Of a DNA stretch of 64,000 nucleotides, positions 24,103 to 38,482 are shown piece by piece; the first letter of the stretch is position 1, and each line of letters starts with the position of its first letter. Source of the DNA: Carcharhinus longimanus (Eukaryota); contig JASCQW010000027.1 in assembly GCA_030264375.1 (NCBI GenBank), forward strand, positions 76,141,640 through 76,205,639, in the 5' to 3' direction. Below the pieces are notes generated by a model. That model searched no databases. It was not told where the DNA came from and worked only from the letters and a program-made list of their open reading frames with translations. The position numbers were made by a program, and so were the translations under genes.

Positions 24103-24868
24103 TTAAGGTTTGTAATAATTACAGAATGGAATTAAAGTTTCAAAAAATTAGAAACTATAATGTTTAAATTTTCTTCCTCCATCCACACACAGTATATGGA
24201 ACTGATGCCTGGAAAAAAAAACAGTCAATGCTTAATTAATTTTTTACTCCTCCTTAACTTCTTTACAACATTTTACAATAAATCCAATTCACTGAGGCTA
24301 GCAGGAAATTCAGGAGTGGTAGTGCTGGAGATTCTTGGAAGAAAGCTAGAAGGTTCACCTGTATGACTAAGTAAGGTCTGTCTACCTGAGACTTGAATCT
24401 TTTTGGCCTTCTAAAAACTGTCTGAAACTTTCTCAATATGCTATTCATTAGCCATGTCCTGCTGGAGAAAGCTGAGACTGTTTCCACTTATCCTGGCTAC
24501 ATCATGGATCAATATGTTCATGATTTCTGCTGACAGTATCTGTAAGGTAAAGGCTTATGCCTGTTGGTACAACCTCCTATCCTATAATATTTTTGAAAAG
24601 AGAAAGCAACATATTTGTGATATGAATATACACAGTTATTTATACTGTGTCTGGTAGTGGTTTGAATGTCATGTTGCTGTCAAATTGTTCATGAATTCAC
24701 TTGATAAGATTTTTGTACTTAAAGGGAACTGTCTTGGTTAGGTATGAATAAAGTCATATATTATGGCAGAGAAAATGATAAGGAAACCTCCAAGGTTCAT
24801 GTTGACATTGCCATAATAATGACATAAAAAAACTTTATTTTTACATTGGTTGAATATTGGTATATTTT

Positions 24869-25992
24869 GGGTGAGAATTTTTTTGGGAAAATCGAAGTGT
24901 TGAATTTGCGTGAAAACTGAGTAACCAGCGGGATTTTCAAAATGAATCTCCTACACTTTGTGCACTGGGGAAAGCATTAGTGTGAATCTTGTGAAAAATC
25001 AGGGGCGGGGCCTATTCATAGAATCATAGAATTGTGGACAGTGCACAAGGAGGCCATTCGGCCCATTGAGTCTGCATTGACTAGAATTCCACTCTGGCCC
25101 TATTCCCATAACCCTTCATGTTTACCTTGCTAATCTGCTGACACTAGGGTTAATTTAGCATGGCCTGTCAACCTAAGTGGCACGTCTTTGGACTTTGGGA
25201 GGAAACAGGAGCATCTAGAGGAAACTCGCGCAGACAGGGGGCAAATGTGCACACTCCATACAGACTGTGACCAAAGGCCAGAATTGAACCCGGGTCCCTA
25301 TTGCTGTGAGGCAGCAGTGCCAACCTCTGTGCCACCGTGCTGGCCCTAATCCCGCTGGAAAGATCGGCAGCATAGCGCTAAGCGGGTCACTGCGCATGCA
25401 CTAATCTGTCAATGCTGAGATCGCCCCAACTGCTGGCCTCCCTCCCTTCGTCATTGATCACAGTGCAGAGTGGCAGCAGGACCCCCCCATGACACCAATC
25501 TTCCCACCAGAGGNNNNNNNNNNNNNNNNNNNNNNNNNNNNNNNNNNNNNNNNNNNNNNNNNNNNNNNNNNNNNNNNNNNNNNNNNNNNNNNNNNNNNNN
25601 NNNNNNNNNNNNNNNNNNNNNNNNNNNNNNNNNNNNNNNNNNNNNNNNNNNNNNNNNNNNNNNNNNNNNNNNNNNNNNNNNNNNNNNNNNNNNNNNNNNN
25701 NNNNNNNNNNNNNNNNNNNNNNNNNNNNNNNNNNNNNNNNNNNNNNNNNNNNNNNNNNNNNNNNNNNNNNNNNNNNNNNNNNNNNNNNNNNNCTGAGAAT
25801 TTAGTCCCAGGCTCGCTTATCAGATGCACATACTAATTTAAATAAATTGTACAGCTCTGTGACAATTTCTGGCGCAGAGTTGACGGCGCTGGAAATCTGG
25901 TGCCTGGAGACTCGCCGAGGCTCTAATGGCCAGTGGGAAGTCTGCTAAATGTCCTCCGCTAAAGCGGCAAAGTGGGTTGGGAGAATTGCCCC
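24869..25992. mobile_element. Non-autonomous DNA-transposon-like element (GGG..GAATT termini) hosting a SINE
   Basis: Begins gggtgagaatt and ends gggagaattgcccc (imperfect TIR), with a GC/CpG-richer interior. Similar ends occur at 39898/41051, 49763 and 57448. Confidence 0.45.
25016..25346 (-). mobile_element. tRNA-derived V-SINE (HE1-like) with CR1-type tail
   Basis: Minus strand: gcacggtggcacagaggtt (A box)...gacccgggttcaattc (B box), V-domain gtttcctc...cctcccaaagtccaaagacgtg, then tail gggccgaatggcctcc...ctatgattctatga. Confidence 0.88.
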
Positions 25993-26043
25993 CTTCCAGT
26001 TTTCAAAATGCTGGATTTTAAAAATGTATTTTGTTGTTTGAAG

Positions 26044-26227
26044 GACTGCGAAGCTAGAGAACGAAGCAACAATGAGTGAGGAAAAATTTGAATTCATCAC
26101 AAAGAAATGGCTGACGGCAAAGGCCCTTAAGATTCCACAGGATCTGCGTGACATTCTTATCAAACAGCAGCAGCTCTGTTCTGAGTTAATTGAAGAAAAA
26201 AACACGTTGATTAAAAGTTTGCAGAAG
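26044..26227 (+). CDS. DRC1: DRC1 exon 4
   Basis: TAKLENEATMSEEKFEFITKKW...IPQDLRDILIKQQQLCSELIEEKNTLIKSLQK; AG / GTAACT boundaries. Confidence 0.93.
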
Positions 26228-26359
26228 GTAACTTGTCGCACATTAGGAAGTTATGTGCAAATATGATGTTTAGCTTTAAATTATGCATTTTATTGTTGCA
26301 ATTTGGGAATGCAGCAGTTATCATGCTGTTTGAAACCAGATTATACTTGTGTGATTACT

Positions 26360-26930
26360 ATTAGGAATATAGGACTAGGAGCAGGAGTTATCCATTTGGC
26401 TCTTCAAGCTTGTTCATCATTCAGTATGATCATAACTGATCTGGTTGTGGTTGTAACCCCACTTCCTTGTCTACCCTTCATAACCTTGGACTCTCAAGCC
26501 GATCACATATCTATCCAACTCTGCCTTGAATAAATTCAAGGGCCCAACCTTCACTACTTTCTGAGGAACAGAATTCCACAGATTAGTGAACCTCTGACAA
26601 ACCTCTCCTCATCTGTCTTGAATGGGAGACCTCTTATTTTTATACTATGTTTTCTAGCTTTAGTCTCGTGAGTGGAAATACCCTCATGGTACCCATTCTA
26701 TCAAGTCCCCTCAGGATCTTTCAGTAAGAGCTCATCTTATTCTTCTAAATTCCAATGGGCATAGGCCTAATCTAATCAACCTTTCTTTATAAGATAAGTC
26801 CTTCCTCCCAGGAATGAGTCGGGTAACTCTCTCTGAACTGCTTCTAACAACTTAATCTTTTTTAATAAGGAGACCAAAAATGTACACAGTGCTCCAAATG
26901 TGGTCTTACCAAAGTCCTGTATAGCTGCAG
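26360..26930 (-). mobile_element. CR1 3' fragment
   Basis: Reverse-strand ORF2 end (cacatttggagcactgtgtaca...tggtctcc; LWNSxPQK) plus 3' UTR. Confidence 0.7.
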
Positions 26931-27012
26931 TACAACCTCTTTTATATTTTAATCAAACTGTTTGGACCACAATGTTTTTCTTTGAGTTGTGCATTTTAAG
27001 AACAGCCATTAA

Positions 27013-27489
<477 letters not shown>

Positions 27490-27760
27490 TAAGTTAATTC
27501 GAACTTAGAGTTGGTCAGTCGTCAGGGTTAAGAGGGTGTGACTGTGAGGTCAGGTGTTTATGTGTGCAACATGTAGTGATGGAGCAGCCTTGGCCTTGAC
27601 TTTGACCACTTGGCCTGAGATATTTGCGACCTATGTGGAGGGGCACAAGGACTGTAGAGTGCTTGAGCAAACTGACCATGGCACCACAATGCAGTAAGCC
27701 ATTCTAATAGGGGAGTGTAAGGGATGTCGTAATGATAAGGATATTGTCATAGGATGAATA

Positions 27761-28328
27761 CAGTAAAATTGTTATTATCCAGCATTCACAGAGAAGGGTG
27801 ATGCAGGTTATTCAAAATTTTTACACCAATAATCATATGTTGAGGAAAGAGCAAGGCTGAAGTCAGTCTGTATATTAAGACAGCTTTATTTCCAAGCCAT
27901 CAGAGTAAAAACATTCCCCCAATGCGAAGTGTGAACACCTTTTTATATTGTTGTAATGCAGCCCTAACATTTTTATATTGTTGTAATGCAGCCCTAACAT
28001 ACCAGGGACAACAGCTCTTGATTACCAATTTAGCAGCTCCTGATTACCAGTTTAAAGGATGTACTTTATTGTGACACAATTCCAACATTAAAATGGAATA
28101 CAGCACACTAATATGCAAGTAGTCAGGAATAAAATTATTAATTTTACATCTAATCGTCAACAGTATATTAGAAACATAAATTAAAATACAAAATAATATA
28201 TAGGTATGTTTTGGATAACTTTGTAACTGCTTCTGATTGGTAAAGTGAGGATTCTTATTGCGAGAACATCAGAAATTCTGGTTAGCAGAGAATTGGTGTT
28301 GATAGCTGCTAGGTAACAGAGTTTACTG
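27761..28328. mobile_element. pogo/Tigger-like MITE with TA target-site duplication
   Basis: TA|CAGTAAAATTGTTATTATCCAGCA ... TGCTAGGTAACAGAGTTTACTG|TA; imperfect TIRs starting CAGT. Confidence 0.65.
27941..28000. repeat. Perfect 30-bp tandem duplication
   Basis: ttttatattgttgtaatgcagccctaacat x2. Confidence 0.95.
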
Positions 28329-29245
28329 TACTGTCTTCTGCAGCCATAACCAGGGGTTCCAATGATTGTGTTACTAGATGGTGCCAAAGCTAAAGAACTT
28401 GCTTTGCAGCTGGAGATGATCTTGGAGTGAAACCTTTACATCGGTGCTTTAAGTGATCTTTCATGTGACAGGAAAAGCATTCAGTCTCTTTATATCTGCA
28501 GGGGAGTGATTACCCCTGTACCAGTAACACACTATTTCAATCCTAGGCGATTGATTGACTCTTCTTGCTTTGTTTGTGGCTGCATTTGCTTCCCATTTTA
28601 GAATTACATCTTCATTTTTGGCACCACTGCTGATTTGCAGATGGATCCTTAAAGGGACAATTATCACACCTACTAAGGCTGAAATGCTTCATGGGAAATT
28701 GATGGATCAGTTAGCTGTTCTCAACATAGATAGCAGTAAAAACATCACAATTTGTTTCAGCACCATTGGACCATGGAAGAATTAGAAAATGCGATGGAGC
28801 CTCACTCCAGATCATGTCAGAGTGACCCTGTACTGAAAAGGCATATGTATGAACATTGACTGAACTTTGGACTATGTTGGTTATGATGGATTCTACATTC
28901 TAAAAGTTTATTAAAAGTCACTCAATGAAGAAGACATTTGTGGAAGGTACTGAAGTGCCCTTGATATCTGATTCTGCTATTGTTGCCTCTTCCCCTTCAT
29001 TCAGCATTGACAGGTTTTCCATTTTATTTTTGTTCATGACTTTTTTAAACATTTCTATGATATTCTTCCTGCAGTATTTGTCCTCATCACTGAGAAAAAT
29101 AAATCTTCAGCCATTTTTCATAATTTATTAAAGAGATTGAATTATTTCAAGCACAATGGTGGTGGACCATACACATTTAAGTTTTCATTTAAGATTTGTT
29201 TGACATTAGGTTATTTCTCTCTTTTTATTTTGCTATGTTTTACAG

Positions 29246-29332
29246 AAAGCATTTCAGCTGGAACGTCATGAGCTAATGAAAAATAACCTTTCGTTGTGGG
29301 AAAAAAAAATGCAGATGCGAAGGGACCAAGAG
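29246..29332 (+). CDS. DRC1: DRC1 exon 6
   Basis: KAFQLERHELMKNNLSLWEKKMQMRRDQE; tacAG / GTAAAT. Confidence 0.92.
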
Positions 29333-30623
29333 GTAAATGAATATCACTTTTGGGAGGATTGCATGTTTTAAAGTGTGCTGAAGAAGGCAAGCTAACAAAA
29401 ATATCTTGTTGAAAAATGTAAACTTGAGCAATGTTTTGTTTCCAAAGTTGATGTAGGTTATTTGTTTAACCTGGTTAAGCTCTGTGCACAGTCTGTCCTT
29501 TTAAGCTAAGTACTCCATGCAATTTCAATAGAAATTGACTTCCGTCATCTGACGTGATATTGAAAATATATGCATCTTGTTCCTTGTGCAACCGCTTGTT
29601 ACTACACTCCATTTCAAGTCACAAGCTTAATTCTCCTGATTGGCCTTTAAAGAGTGTGCTTTTGGAACGTGTTTTTTTTTAAATTAATCAGAGATTGATT
29701 TAAGTTTACTAGATGAAATTCAGATCAAAAATGAGAGAATATAGGAGATCAGAAAAACCAATAGTAAGTACAGAAGTGCTGAAAGTCGTCAAGATGACTT
29801 ACTGATGTGGGGACAGCAAAGTCCCATTGCTGTGTTGGCTGGTTGGTGGTAATGTGCCAGATGGTGACCACTTTTGCATGTTTTTCTAAAGGACATAAAG
29901 CGTTGTACAATTTGATTTATGATCAAATACAATGCAAAGGATACTCTAAGAAATTAATAACTTTTTTTATTTATCAAAAGGATGTGGGCTTTGCTGGCTG
30001 GGCCTTATTAACAAAAAAGAAGATACTTTTGATTTTTTTTATAAATTTATCTGAATTTATGTTCATTTAAATCACTTATTTATTTATATTCCACTTCTAT
30101 TTTGCGAAACAGTGCAATTTCAATCATTTTTTGTATACAGTAAGTGGAAGAACATAGAAATTTGCATTTACATACTTCTCCCTTACATCATATCACAACA
30201 AATTGATTTTTAAAGTGTAGTTACTATAACTACATAGGCATAACAGCCACAGTATTCCTGAAAAGCATGAAGTTTTAAAATTTCTGTTTGTTTGACTTAT
30301 TCATATCTTTTCATATTAAGAAATCACTTTAAAATTTCCAATATCCGTGAATTTTTATTGCAGAATTGTCACCATTTAAAGTATAATGTTGAAACACTTT
30401 CTAAATTATAGTTTCACAGAATCCATGTTTTGCAAATGATGAAGATTTAAGATATTGCATTTGTGATAATCAGTTCCCATAATGAGGACCAGTCTCTTGT
30501 CTTATGTTTAAACAAAAAACAGTTAGAAATTGTCAGTCCCCTAAAAAAAAGACAGACTTATGCTTATTTTTACAATTTTGTATTCTGAGAAAACATGTGT
30601 TATAATGAGTTCATTTTTTTCAG

Positions 30624-30746
30624 ATTGAGTATATGATAGTCCGAATGCAGAGAGTAGAGCAATATGAGGATCAACTTCAGCAGTTGAGAGTTCAAGATGC
30701 AGAGGAATACAATATGATCAAAATTAAGTTGGAGACTGATGTAGAG
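30624..30746 (+). CDS. DRC1: DRC1 exon 7
   Basis: IEYMIVRMQRVEQYEDQLQQLRVQDAEEYNMIKIKLETDVE; ttttcAG / GTATTT. Confidence 0.95.
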
Positions 30747-31079
30747 GTATTTTAAAGAAATGTATCATTCTCTTCCTTAAATGCAATTCCCATTATGTTG
30801 CTTCCATTTTGTAATTCTGGTGATTATAAACATAAGATGGCATGGGATGACAACAGGCTTACCAAACCTGCTCCTTCCACAAACCATGATCTAATTTTTT
30901 AGGCTCGACCTGAGGTGGAACTGTGAAGGACAGGACATGAAAATAGCATCACTGGCAAAACCAGTTCCCCACTACCATTCCCACCACTGGTGAATGACAC
31001 CAGGATGAGTGAAGAGCAGCCCCAGGAACCTGCCCAATCCATAAATTGTTGTAATTAAGGAACTAGTTCAAAGCCATAC

Positions 31080-31480
31080 TGAGGTCTTGGTAGTGATTCA
31101 TGGCTGTCAAAGCCACTGTGACCATAAAGGTTTTTTGGTCCTTCTACGAATAAACGGTGACCTTGCTGATGACTCACAAGTGGCTGCACACCAACTTCAT
31201 CTTGCAGGTCATTGATGTCCTGTTTGTGAGAACTTGCCACTGTATTCAATTCCTAATAGATTGGCCTTTCAGAAGCAAAGGGCAATGAAATTTGCTTCCA
31301 GCTCCTGGTTGTCATTGATATGGCCATTAAGGCATAGTGAAGTTCATTATCATGAAAAACTTCCACTCGCTCAATATTCAGCTAGTCTGTAACTACAACA
31401 GAACTTCCTCAAATGTGTGTTCACTGGCTATTGCTCTATATGACTGGAGAGGACTGTCAGACGAGGTACAACTGGAAACT
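31080..31480 (+). mobile_element. PIF/Harbinger transposase remnant
   Basis: VID..AIKA followed by KNFHSLNIQLVCNY, matching the HARBI1/Harbinger DDE motif GxIDxxHVxI...NRKGFHSINVQLVCD; frameshifted. Confidence 0.65.
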
Positions 31481-32912
31481 CCTCTATATGTCCCTGTGCC
31501 ATCAGTGCAACTGAATGCTGTTGCATAAGGTTGGTTACTGTCTGAATGGAGGNNNNNNNNNNAGCCTGAGTCATGGTGGTGCATATAGGCTATATAGGCT
31601 CCATTCTCTGCCTACAATCTTGCAATGTCTCAGGGAATTCTGAGGGGGAACACATTTGTTGTTGCTGATCTAAATACAACTTCCTTTCCTGTGACTATTG
31701 AGCCCTGTATAAGTGCCCAATGGAGAAAGGAGACTGCTCACGGTGCCTCTGCCTCTGGCACCTCTTCCTGCACACTTGTGATGTGTTTATCACTCAACTG
31801 TATCTAATGGCATGCAGGAACCTTCAAAGTGACTTTATCTTGCACTGGTGGAGGTTGTGCTTGTAAGGTGTGATGGTGCTTGCTTTGAAGTCTGTTCTAG
31901 CAGTGCTTGACCTGGTGATGGGACAAGAATCTGTCTGTTACCCGTCATGGCATTCTCAACTTTGGGAGATGCAAGAAGAGGCCATAACGGCTAACCTTGG
32001 AAAGCAGAAGCTTCTGCCATGCTGAGTCTTCCCCATATAATTCAGCCTTCAGCACATGGTTGGATAAGCTAGAGTGTAATGCGTCATGTTAATGTACATG
32101 TACCTATTTCTATTCACTTTCTCCACCAGTGATGGCCATCTCACCTTTCCCAACTGCGTCAGTGACCCTGGCAATCTCCACATAAACCAAATATGTAATT
32201 TTAAATGAGTTAATGTTATTTTGGAGTTCTAGATCATATTGCATATTGATCATTATGTGGTAGCTTTGCATGGTTCAATTTTCTGTTTGTAACCTGGATC
32301 AACAACAACTTGTATATAAATAGTGCCTTTAACAGAGTAAAATGTTCCAGATTCTTCATACAAGCATAATCATACAAAAGTCATGCATGAGCCGAAAAGG
32401 AGACCTGAATACAGGTGACTAAAAACTATAAATGGGTGGCTTGGAAGGAGGATCTTAAAAGAGTAGAGAGAGGTAGAACAGTGCAGTGGTTTAAATAATG
32501 TAATGGAGAGCATGGCTGCCAATAGTTGAGCGAAGGTAGTGGGGAATGCACAAAAAATCAGAATTGGAATAATACAGTGTTTTGGGGGTTGTTCAGCTGC
32601 AGTTAGTAATTGTTACAGGGTTGCAAGTGTAATAGACATTGGACCAGGCAAACCAAGTCATAAGTTGGGAAAAACCACACAGGTGGTTGCACCTTACACA
32701 AAACAATCAATTTAATTTTTGCATAATTTGAAGGGGAGGCAAGATATAATCCACTAAATAATTACAGTATATTCATTTATTGTCCTGTAACCTCTGAGAT
32801 GTGCAGTTATCGATTCCCCTCTTCTAACCTTGGCTTGGTCCCGGAATGAAATGTGCAAGGTTTTCTCCCACTGGGTACTGGTAGTAAACATTATGAGTAA
32901 TAAATAACATGA

Positions 32913-33146
<234 letters not shown>

Positions 33147-33779
33147 TAAAATTTTACAGCACAGAAAGATTTCATTTGGTCCAACAGGTGTTTAATCTCC
33201 ACACAAACCTTACTTCGTCTCAGCCCATCAATATGTTCTATTTCTTTCTCCTTTGTGTACTTATCTAGCTTTCCCTTACATGCATCTATGCTATTCACCT
33301 CAGTTGCTTCAATATGGTAACACATTTTGCATTGCCACCCTACTGTGAAGATGCTTCTCTTGAATTGTATTGGATTTACGATCTTGGTTTTCAGGAACAT
33401 AGGAAAAATGGCTTCACGAAAGAGAGAATAACAAAAATCAAAGCAAAACAAATTTTAAATCACTTTGCTGTTGTCCATCACTTTGCAGTAAACAATGTCA
33501 GGTGGCTGTTATCTTAATTCAGGAATTTGGTGCCTTAGAATAAAAGGATATGTTATGAATGTAAGATGTTGTTTTCCTTATTTAAGCAGAATAATTTAAA
33601 ATGTCCAAAATGTTGTGTAAGATTGCACTAAGATCTAGAAAAGTTAAATATTTCACCAAAGTATTGAGATAACTGATATTTTCCATCAGTTTGAAGCTTC
33701 ATACGTGATTGATGTCAGCTGCTTATTATTTCAGTGGAATAAAGAGAGAATAGAGCCAACATTTTGAGCCAGGATGACC

Positions 33780-34050
33780 GTCACAATGTTTTGGCCTCAA
33801 TTGCTTTTTATAATGGTGAATTCCATATGTTCACCATTCTGTGGGAAGAAATTTCTCCTCCCCTCAATCCTAAATGGTTTATCCATGTCCTGAGACTGTG
33901 GTGCCTGGTTCTGGACTCCCCTGCTCTCAGGAACACCCTTCCTGCATTTGCCCTATCTAGTCATGTTAGAATGTTATAGTTTTCTATGAGACCCCCCATC
34001 ATTCTTCTAGACTCCAGCAAATATAATCCTAACCGATTCAATTTGTCCTC
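33780..34050 (-). mobile_element. CR1 3' fragment
   Basis: Similar to 35440-35700. Confidence 0.7.
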
Positions 34051-34277
34051 GGATATTAGAGTACTGGTTTAATGGAAAACTGTATTACCTCCCCTAGAAT
34101 TACTAACATATTGCAAATGAAGTGAAACAATGTGACAATGAAATTAGTTTAATTATTAAAAAAGGGCTGCAAATAATTGCTGGTCTGTTCTGTTGAGTCT
34201 TAGGGATGCCAAGGACTCTGAGATAGAAAGAGTTATTGGTGTGTGGTAGATGATCCAACAGTCATGCAAAGGTGTAA

Positions 34278-34433
<156 letters not shown>

Positions 34434-34529
34434 TGAATCCTATTTGAAAACATATCTGGTGTACAGGTCATCAATAACTCTAATGCGAAGTTCTTCTTCA
34501 TATTATTCATCAGCCAAATTCACCTCCTT

Positions 34530-35305
34530 CAAAATCCTTCAGTCTCACTTCCTAACACATGTCTGTGAAGATAAAAACAAATCTCCAAGTCTTTTACAAA
34601 TATATTCTGAACTTCTGCACTGCCTGGCATTTGGCCTTCTATTCATTACAGTTCCTCTGTAATAGCTGATATGTTCAACCACTCTCTTGTACTTTGATGC
34701 CCTTTCCCCATCACAATACAGTATTTTTTCCCATTTTTTCTCTGGGATAATCTATGTCTTTGCTTTCTCAATTCCAAGGTGTGCATATACATGGCACACA
34801 CTGCCTTCGCCATCCCATGTCAGGTCTGGTTAACCATGTCATGCTTAACCAGGCCTTGCCTCTTTTGGCAAAACGTCCACTATGTTGGACTCATCTTGAA
34901 GGACAATGATTTCTCCGATTCTTTTTCTATCAATCCTTTCCTTTCTATCAATCCTCCCCAGCCTCGTATCTAATGACAAGTTAAAGAGGCAGAACTTTTC
35001 ATCTGCCACAAAAGAGGTCATCTATTCAACTGCATTTGTTACTTTCTCTTTTTCTTTTGCTCAAAAGATTCTATCCCCACCAGAGCCCTAAATATTTGCC
35101 TGTCTCTTTCTCTAGTTTCTCCTCCATATTTCTCTAGCCATCTCCAAATCTGTATCCCAGTTTCTGGTCCCCAAGCCTATTTTCACTGAATCTTTGGTCA
35201 CCCAGTGCCCTTCCTGGTTTTCATTTTAGCTGACATCATAAATATTTTCCTCTCCTCAGGTGGTGTCCTTACTTTGAAAAATGTTATCATATTGCCTTCC
35301 TCTAA
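34530..35305 (+). mobile_element. Degenerate L2-like fragments
   Basis: Pyrimidine-rich L2-type ORF2 remnants (...LADIINIxLSSGxVP..K..II.P). Confidence 0.4.
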
Positions 35306-35321
35306 ATAAGCACAGATAAAA

Positions 35322-35432
35322 TCAAGATACTGTGGATGCTGGAATCTGAAACAAATGCTGGAAAACATCAGCAGGTCTGACAGCATCTGTGGAGAGAGAA
35401 TAGAGCTAACTTTTTGAGTCAGAATGACTTTC
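35322..35432 (-). mobile_element. Second Penelope-like terminal family (ctccacagatgctg..cagacctgctga)
   Basis: gatgctggaatctgaaacaaatgctggaaaacatcagcaggtctgacagcatctgtggagag; related copies at 37268-37395 and 59655-59835. Confidence 0.55.
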
Positions 35433-35439
35433 ACAATGT

Positions 35440-36630
35440 TTTAAGCTCAACTGCTTTCTGTGGTAGAGAATTCCACAGGCTCACCACTCTAGGTGAAGAA
35501 ATTTCTCCTCATCTCAATCCTAAGTGGTTTATCCATACCCTAAGACTGTGGTGACTGGTTCTGGACCCCCACTGTCACCCTTCTTGCATCTACCCTGTTT
35601 AGTCTTGTTAGAATTTTATGGTTTCGATAAGAACCGCCCAATTCCTCTAAATTCCAGCAAACGTAATCCTAACTGACTCAATCTCTCCTCAGACATTAAT
35701 CCTGCTAACCTAGGAATCAGTCTGGTAATTTTTCACTGCACTCCCTCCATAGCAAGAATATCTTTCCTCAGGTAAGGTTAGCAGAACTGCACACACTTTT
35801 CTAGGTGTGCTCTCACTAAGACTCTATACGATGGCAACTAGACATCCCTACTCCTGTACTTGAATCCTCATGCTATGAAGGCCAACATACCATTTGCCTT
35901 CTTCACTGACTGCTGCATCTGCTTATTTACTTACAGTGACTGGTGTACAAGGATACCCATTTCTTGTTGCACGTTCCCTTCTCCCAGTTATAGTCATTCA
36001 GATAATCTCCCTTCCTATTTTTGCTACGAAGTGAATAACCTCACATATGCTCACAGTATACTGCATCGGCTTTGCACTTGCCCACTTTCTCAACTTGTTC
36101 AAATCATACTGAAGCATCTCTGTGTCGTCCTCCTCAGCTTTGTGTCACCTGCAGATTTGGTGATATTACATTTAGTCCCCTCATCTAAGTCATTAATATA
36201 CATTGTGACCAGCTGGAGTTCTAGCACTGAACCCTGCAGCATCCTACAAGTCATTGACCATCACTTGGAAAAAGACCCATTTATTCTTTGTTTCCTGTCT
36301 GCCAACCAGTTTTCTACTCATCTTAATACACTGCCCCCAGTCCCATGCAACTTAATATTATGGGCTAATCTCTTATGTAGTAACTTGTCAAAAGCCTCCT
36401 GTAAGTGACATCCACTGGCTTCCCCTCATCAATTCAACTAGTTACATACTTGAAAAATTCCAGTAGATTTATCAAGAATGATTTTTTTTTTGTAAATGCA
36501 TGTTGTCTCTGTCCAATTGTGCCACTGTTTATCATGTGCTTTGCTATAAAATCTTTTATAATGGGGTGTAGCATTTTCCCCACTACCGCTGCCGGGCTGA
36601 CTGGTCTATAATTCCCTGCTTTCTTTTTAC
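35440..36630 (-). mobile_element. CR1 ORF2 (RT) fragment
   Basis: Minus strand YRPVSxAAVVGKML, FDKL, QGSVLE, IYINDLDE, KSAGDTKL motifs. Confidence 0.85.
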
Positions 36631-37834
36631 CTCACTTTTTGTACTGTCCATTCATCTTACTTTGGCCTCTTGTGCTTGTAAATACAATCATATTTTTTCA
36701 TTCTTTGCTTCCTTCTTTCACCTCATCATGGGCATCTATATTTTTAGCCATTCTTTGGAATTTTCTACCCAAGCTCTTCTGCCTCAATACCACCACTTCA
36801 TAAAACACTGAAATTGAAGCACATTCATCATACATGCAGTATACATTATGTTTATATGCATTCCATACACTTTATGGTAAATTAGATATATTGGCGTCCC
36901 AATTGATAAATATGTTTTGATTTGCATGCCAGAATTGCCACATNNNNNNNNNNNNNNNNNNNNNNNNNNNNNNNNNNNNNNNNNNNNNNNNNNNNNNNNN
37001 NNNNNNNNNNNNNNNNNNNNNNNCCATCAGACTGAAAGTAGTAGTTTTAACTAGATGAAGGTTTGCATTTTATGTTAATGGAACAATCTATGTTTCCTAA
37101 AATATTTACCACCATGTATACTAGTCATAAATTCTGCTACTGTACCAATCACCTGGAGTGCATAGTACTCATTGGTTTAATTCTGGAATCAGTTAATAAT
37201 GTGTTTCCTTCTAATTTTTCAAGCTGTAAATGGTGGAAAGAGATAGGGAGCAGGCAGAAGCAAATTAGTGCGGATGCTGGAATCTGAAACCAAAAGAGAA
37301 AATGCTGGAAAATCTCAACAGGTCTAACAGCAACTGTAAGGAAAGGAAAGAAAAGAGCTGATGTTTCAAGTCCAGATGACCCTTTGTCAAAGCTGGATAG
37401 GTCAATCATGAGACCATTTTTGACATCCAAATTTCATGAAGTATCCAAGGGTCATTTACTTGAGAGAAGAGTGGCATGGATGATTTTATGATTTTGGCAT
37501 CTAGGTTATAAAGAGCGACTTACAGAGCTGAATTGGTATTACTGGAGAAAAGAACATTGCCAACAGAGTGATCCATTTCTGTAAATTGCTGACAAGTGTA
37601 GATATGGTGAAACAAACAGAGCCTATTTTTTTTTTATATGAACACAAATATGCAAGTTTAAAATGAACAGATCTTAAATAATACTCGAGATTTGAAGTTT
37701 TTTTTATTTGTAAGTCTCCTCGACCACTAACAAAAACAGTCCTTGCTGTTTTAACTCATTTTTCTTTAAAAAAAACTTGATAAATTTTTGATTAGAATGT
37801 TGGAAAACTAAGTATTTTACCTTTCTTCTATTAG

Positions 37835-38070
37835 ACGTTTTGCTGCAACTGATGCAAAGAAATTTGAAGGTATTTGGTTAATGAATGAGAAAGAAGCAAA
37901 GGATCTAGCCAGAAAGGCCCTCGATGCTGATCGAATAATTCATGAGCAACAGCTGGGCTTGAGTTGGACGTGTCCAGATCTGTGTTTTATGAAGAATGTT
38001 GGACCTATAGTATGTAAAGCCAAGAAGAAAAAGTCAGCTGCCCAGCTGGCAGAGGAAGTTATTCTAGGAG
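37835..38070 (+). CDS. DRC1: DRC1 exon 10
   Basis: RFAATDAKKFEGIWLMNEKEAKDLARKALDADRIIHEQQLGLSWTCPDLCFMKNVGPI...SAAQLAEEVILG; ttAG / GTAGGG. Confidence 0.95.
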
Positions 38071-38482
38071 GTAGGGATTCTTTAATGTGTGTAAGTGTTC
38101 TGTAGGAAAATAAAAGTGGACATGGGATTAGTAGCAACTTTAAGTGATAACTAGTCAATTGTAAATGGTCAAGATAATTTTCAAGTTTATCAGTCAATAA
38201 TCTAAAAAGAAATTACTTAATTGGGTGCATTTTATATCACATTGTATTATGGGTTATCAGTTGAGTTATGATTTAGTGTGTTCTAATATTTGCAAATTGA
38301 TGATGGTGATAAATAATTTTTTATTCATTCTTGGGAAGTAACCATCGCTGGTAAGGCCATCATTTATTGCCCATTTTTAATTGCCCTCTGAGTGGCTTTC
38401 TGCGCTATTTAAGAAAGCATTTAAGGGGCATATATATTGCTGGGTGTCTGGAATTATGTATAGGGCAGACAGAGTAAGAATA

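Noticed and set aside
25250-25346. tRNA gene (also ~38740-38819, ~49470-49540 and ~12925-12980)
   Set aside because: A/B boxes run directly into SINE bodies and do not fold into a full cloverleaf.
35860-36408. 182-aa plus-strand ORF (also 54950-55444 and 12460-12984)
   Set aside because: Antisense frames of decayed CR1 copies.
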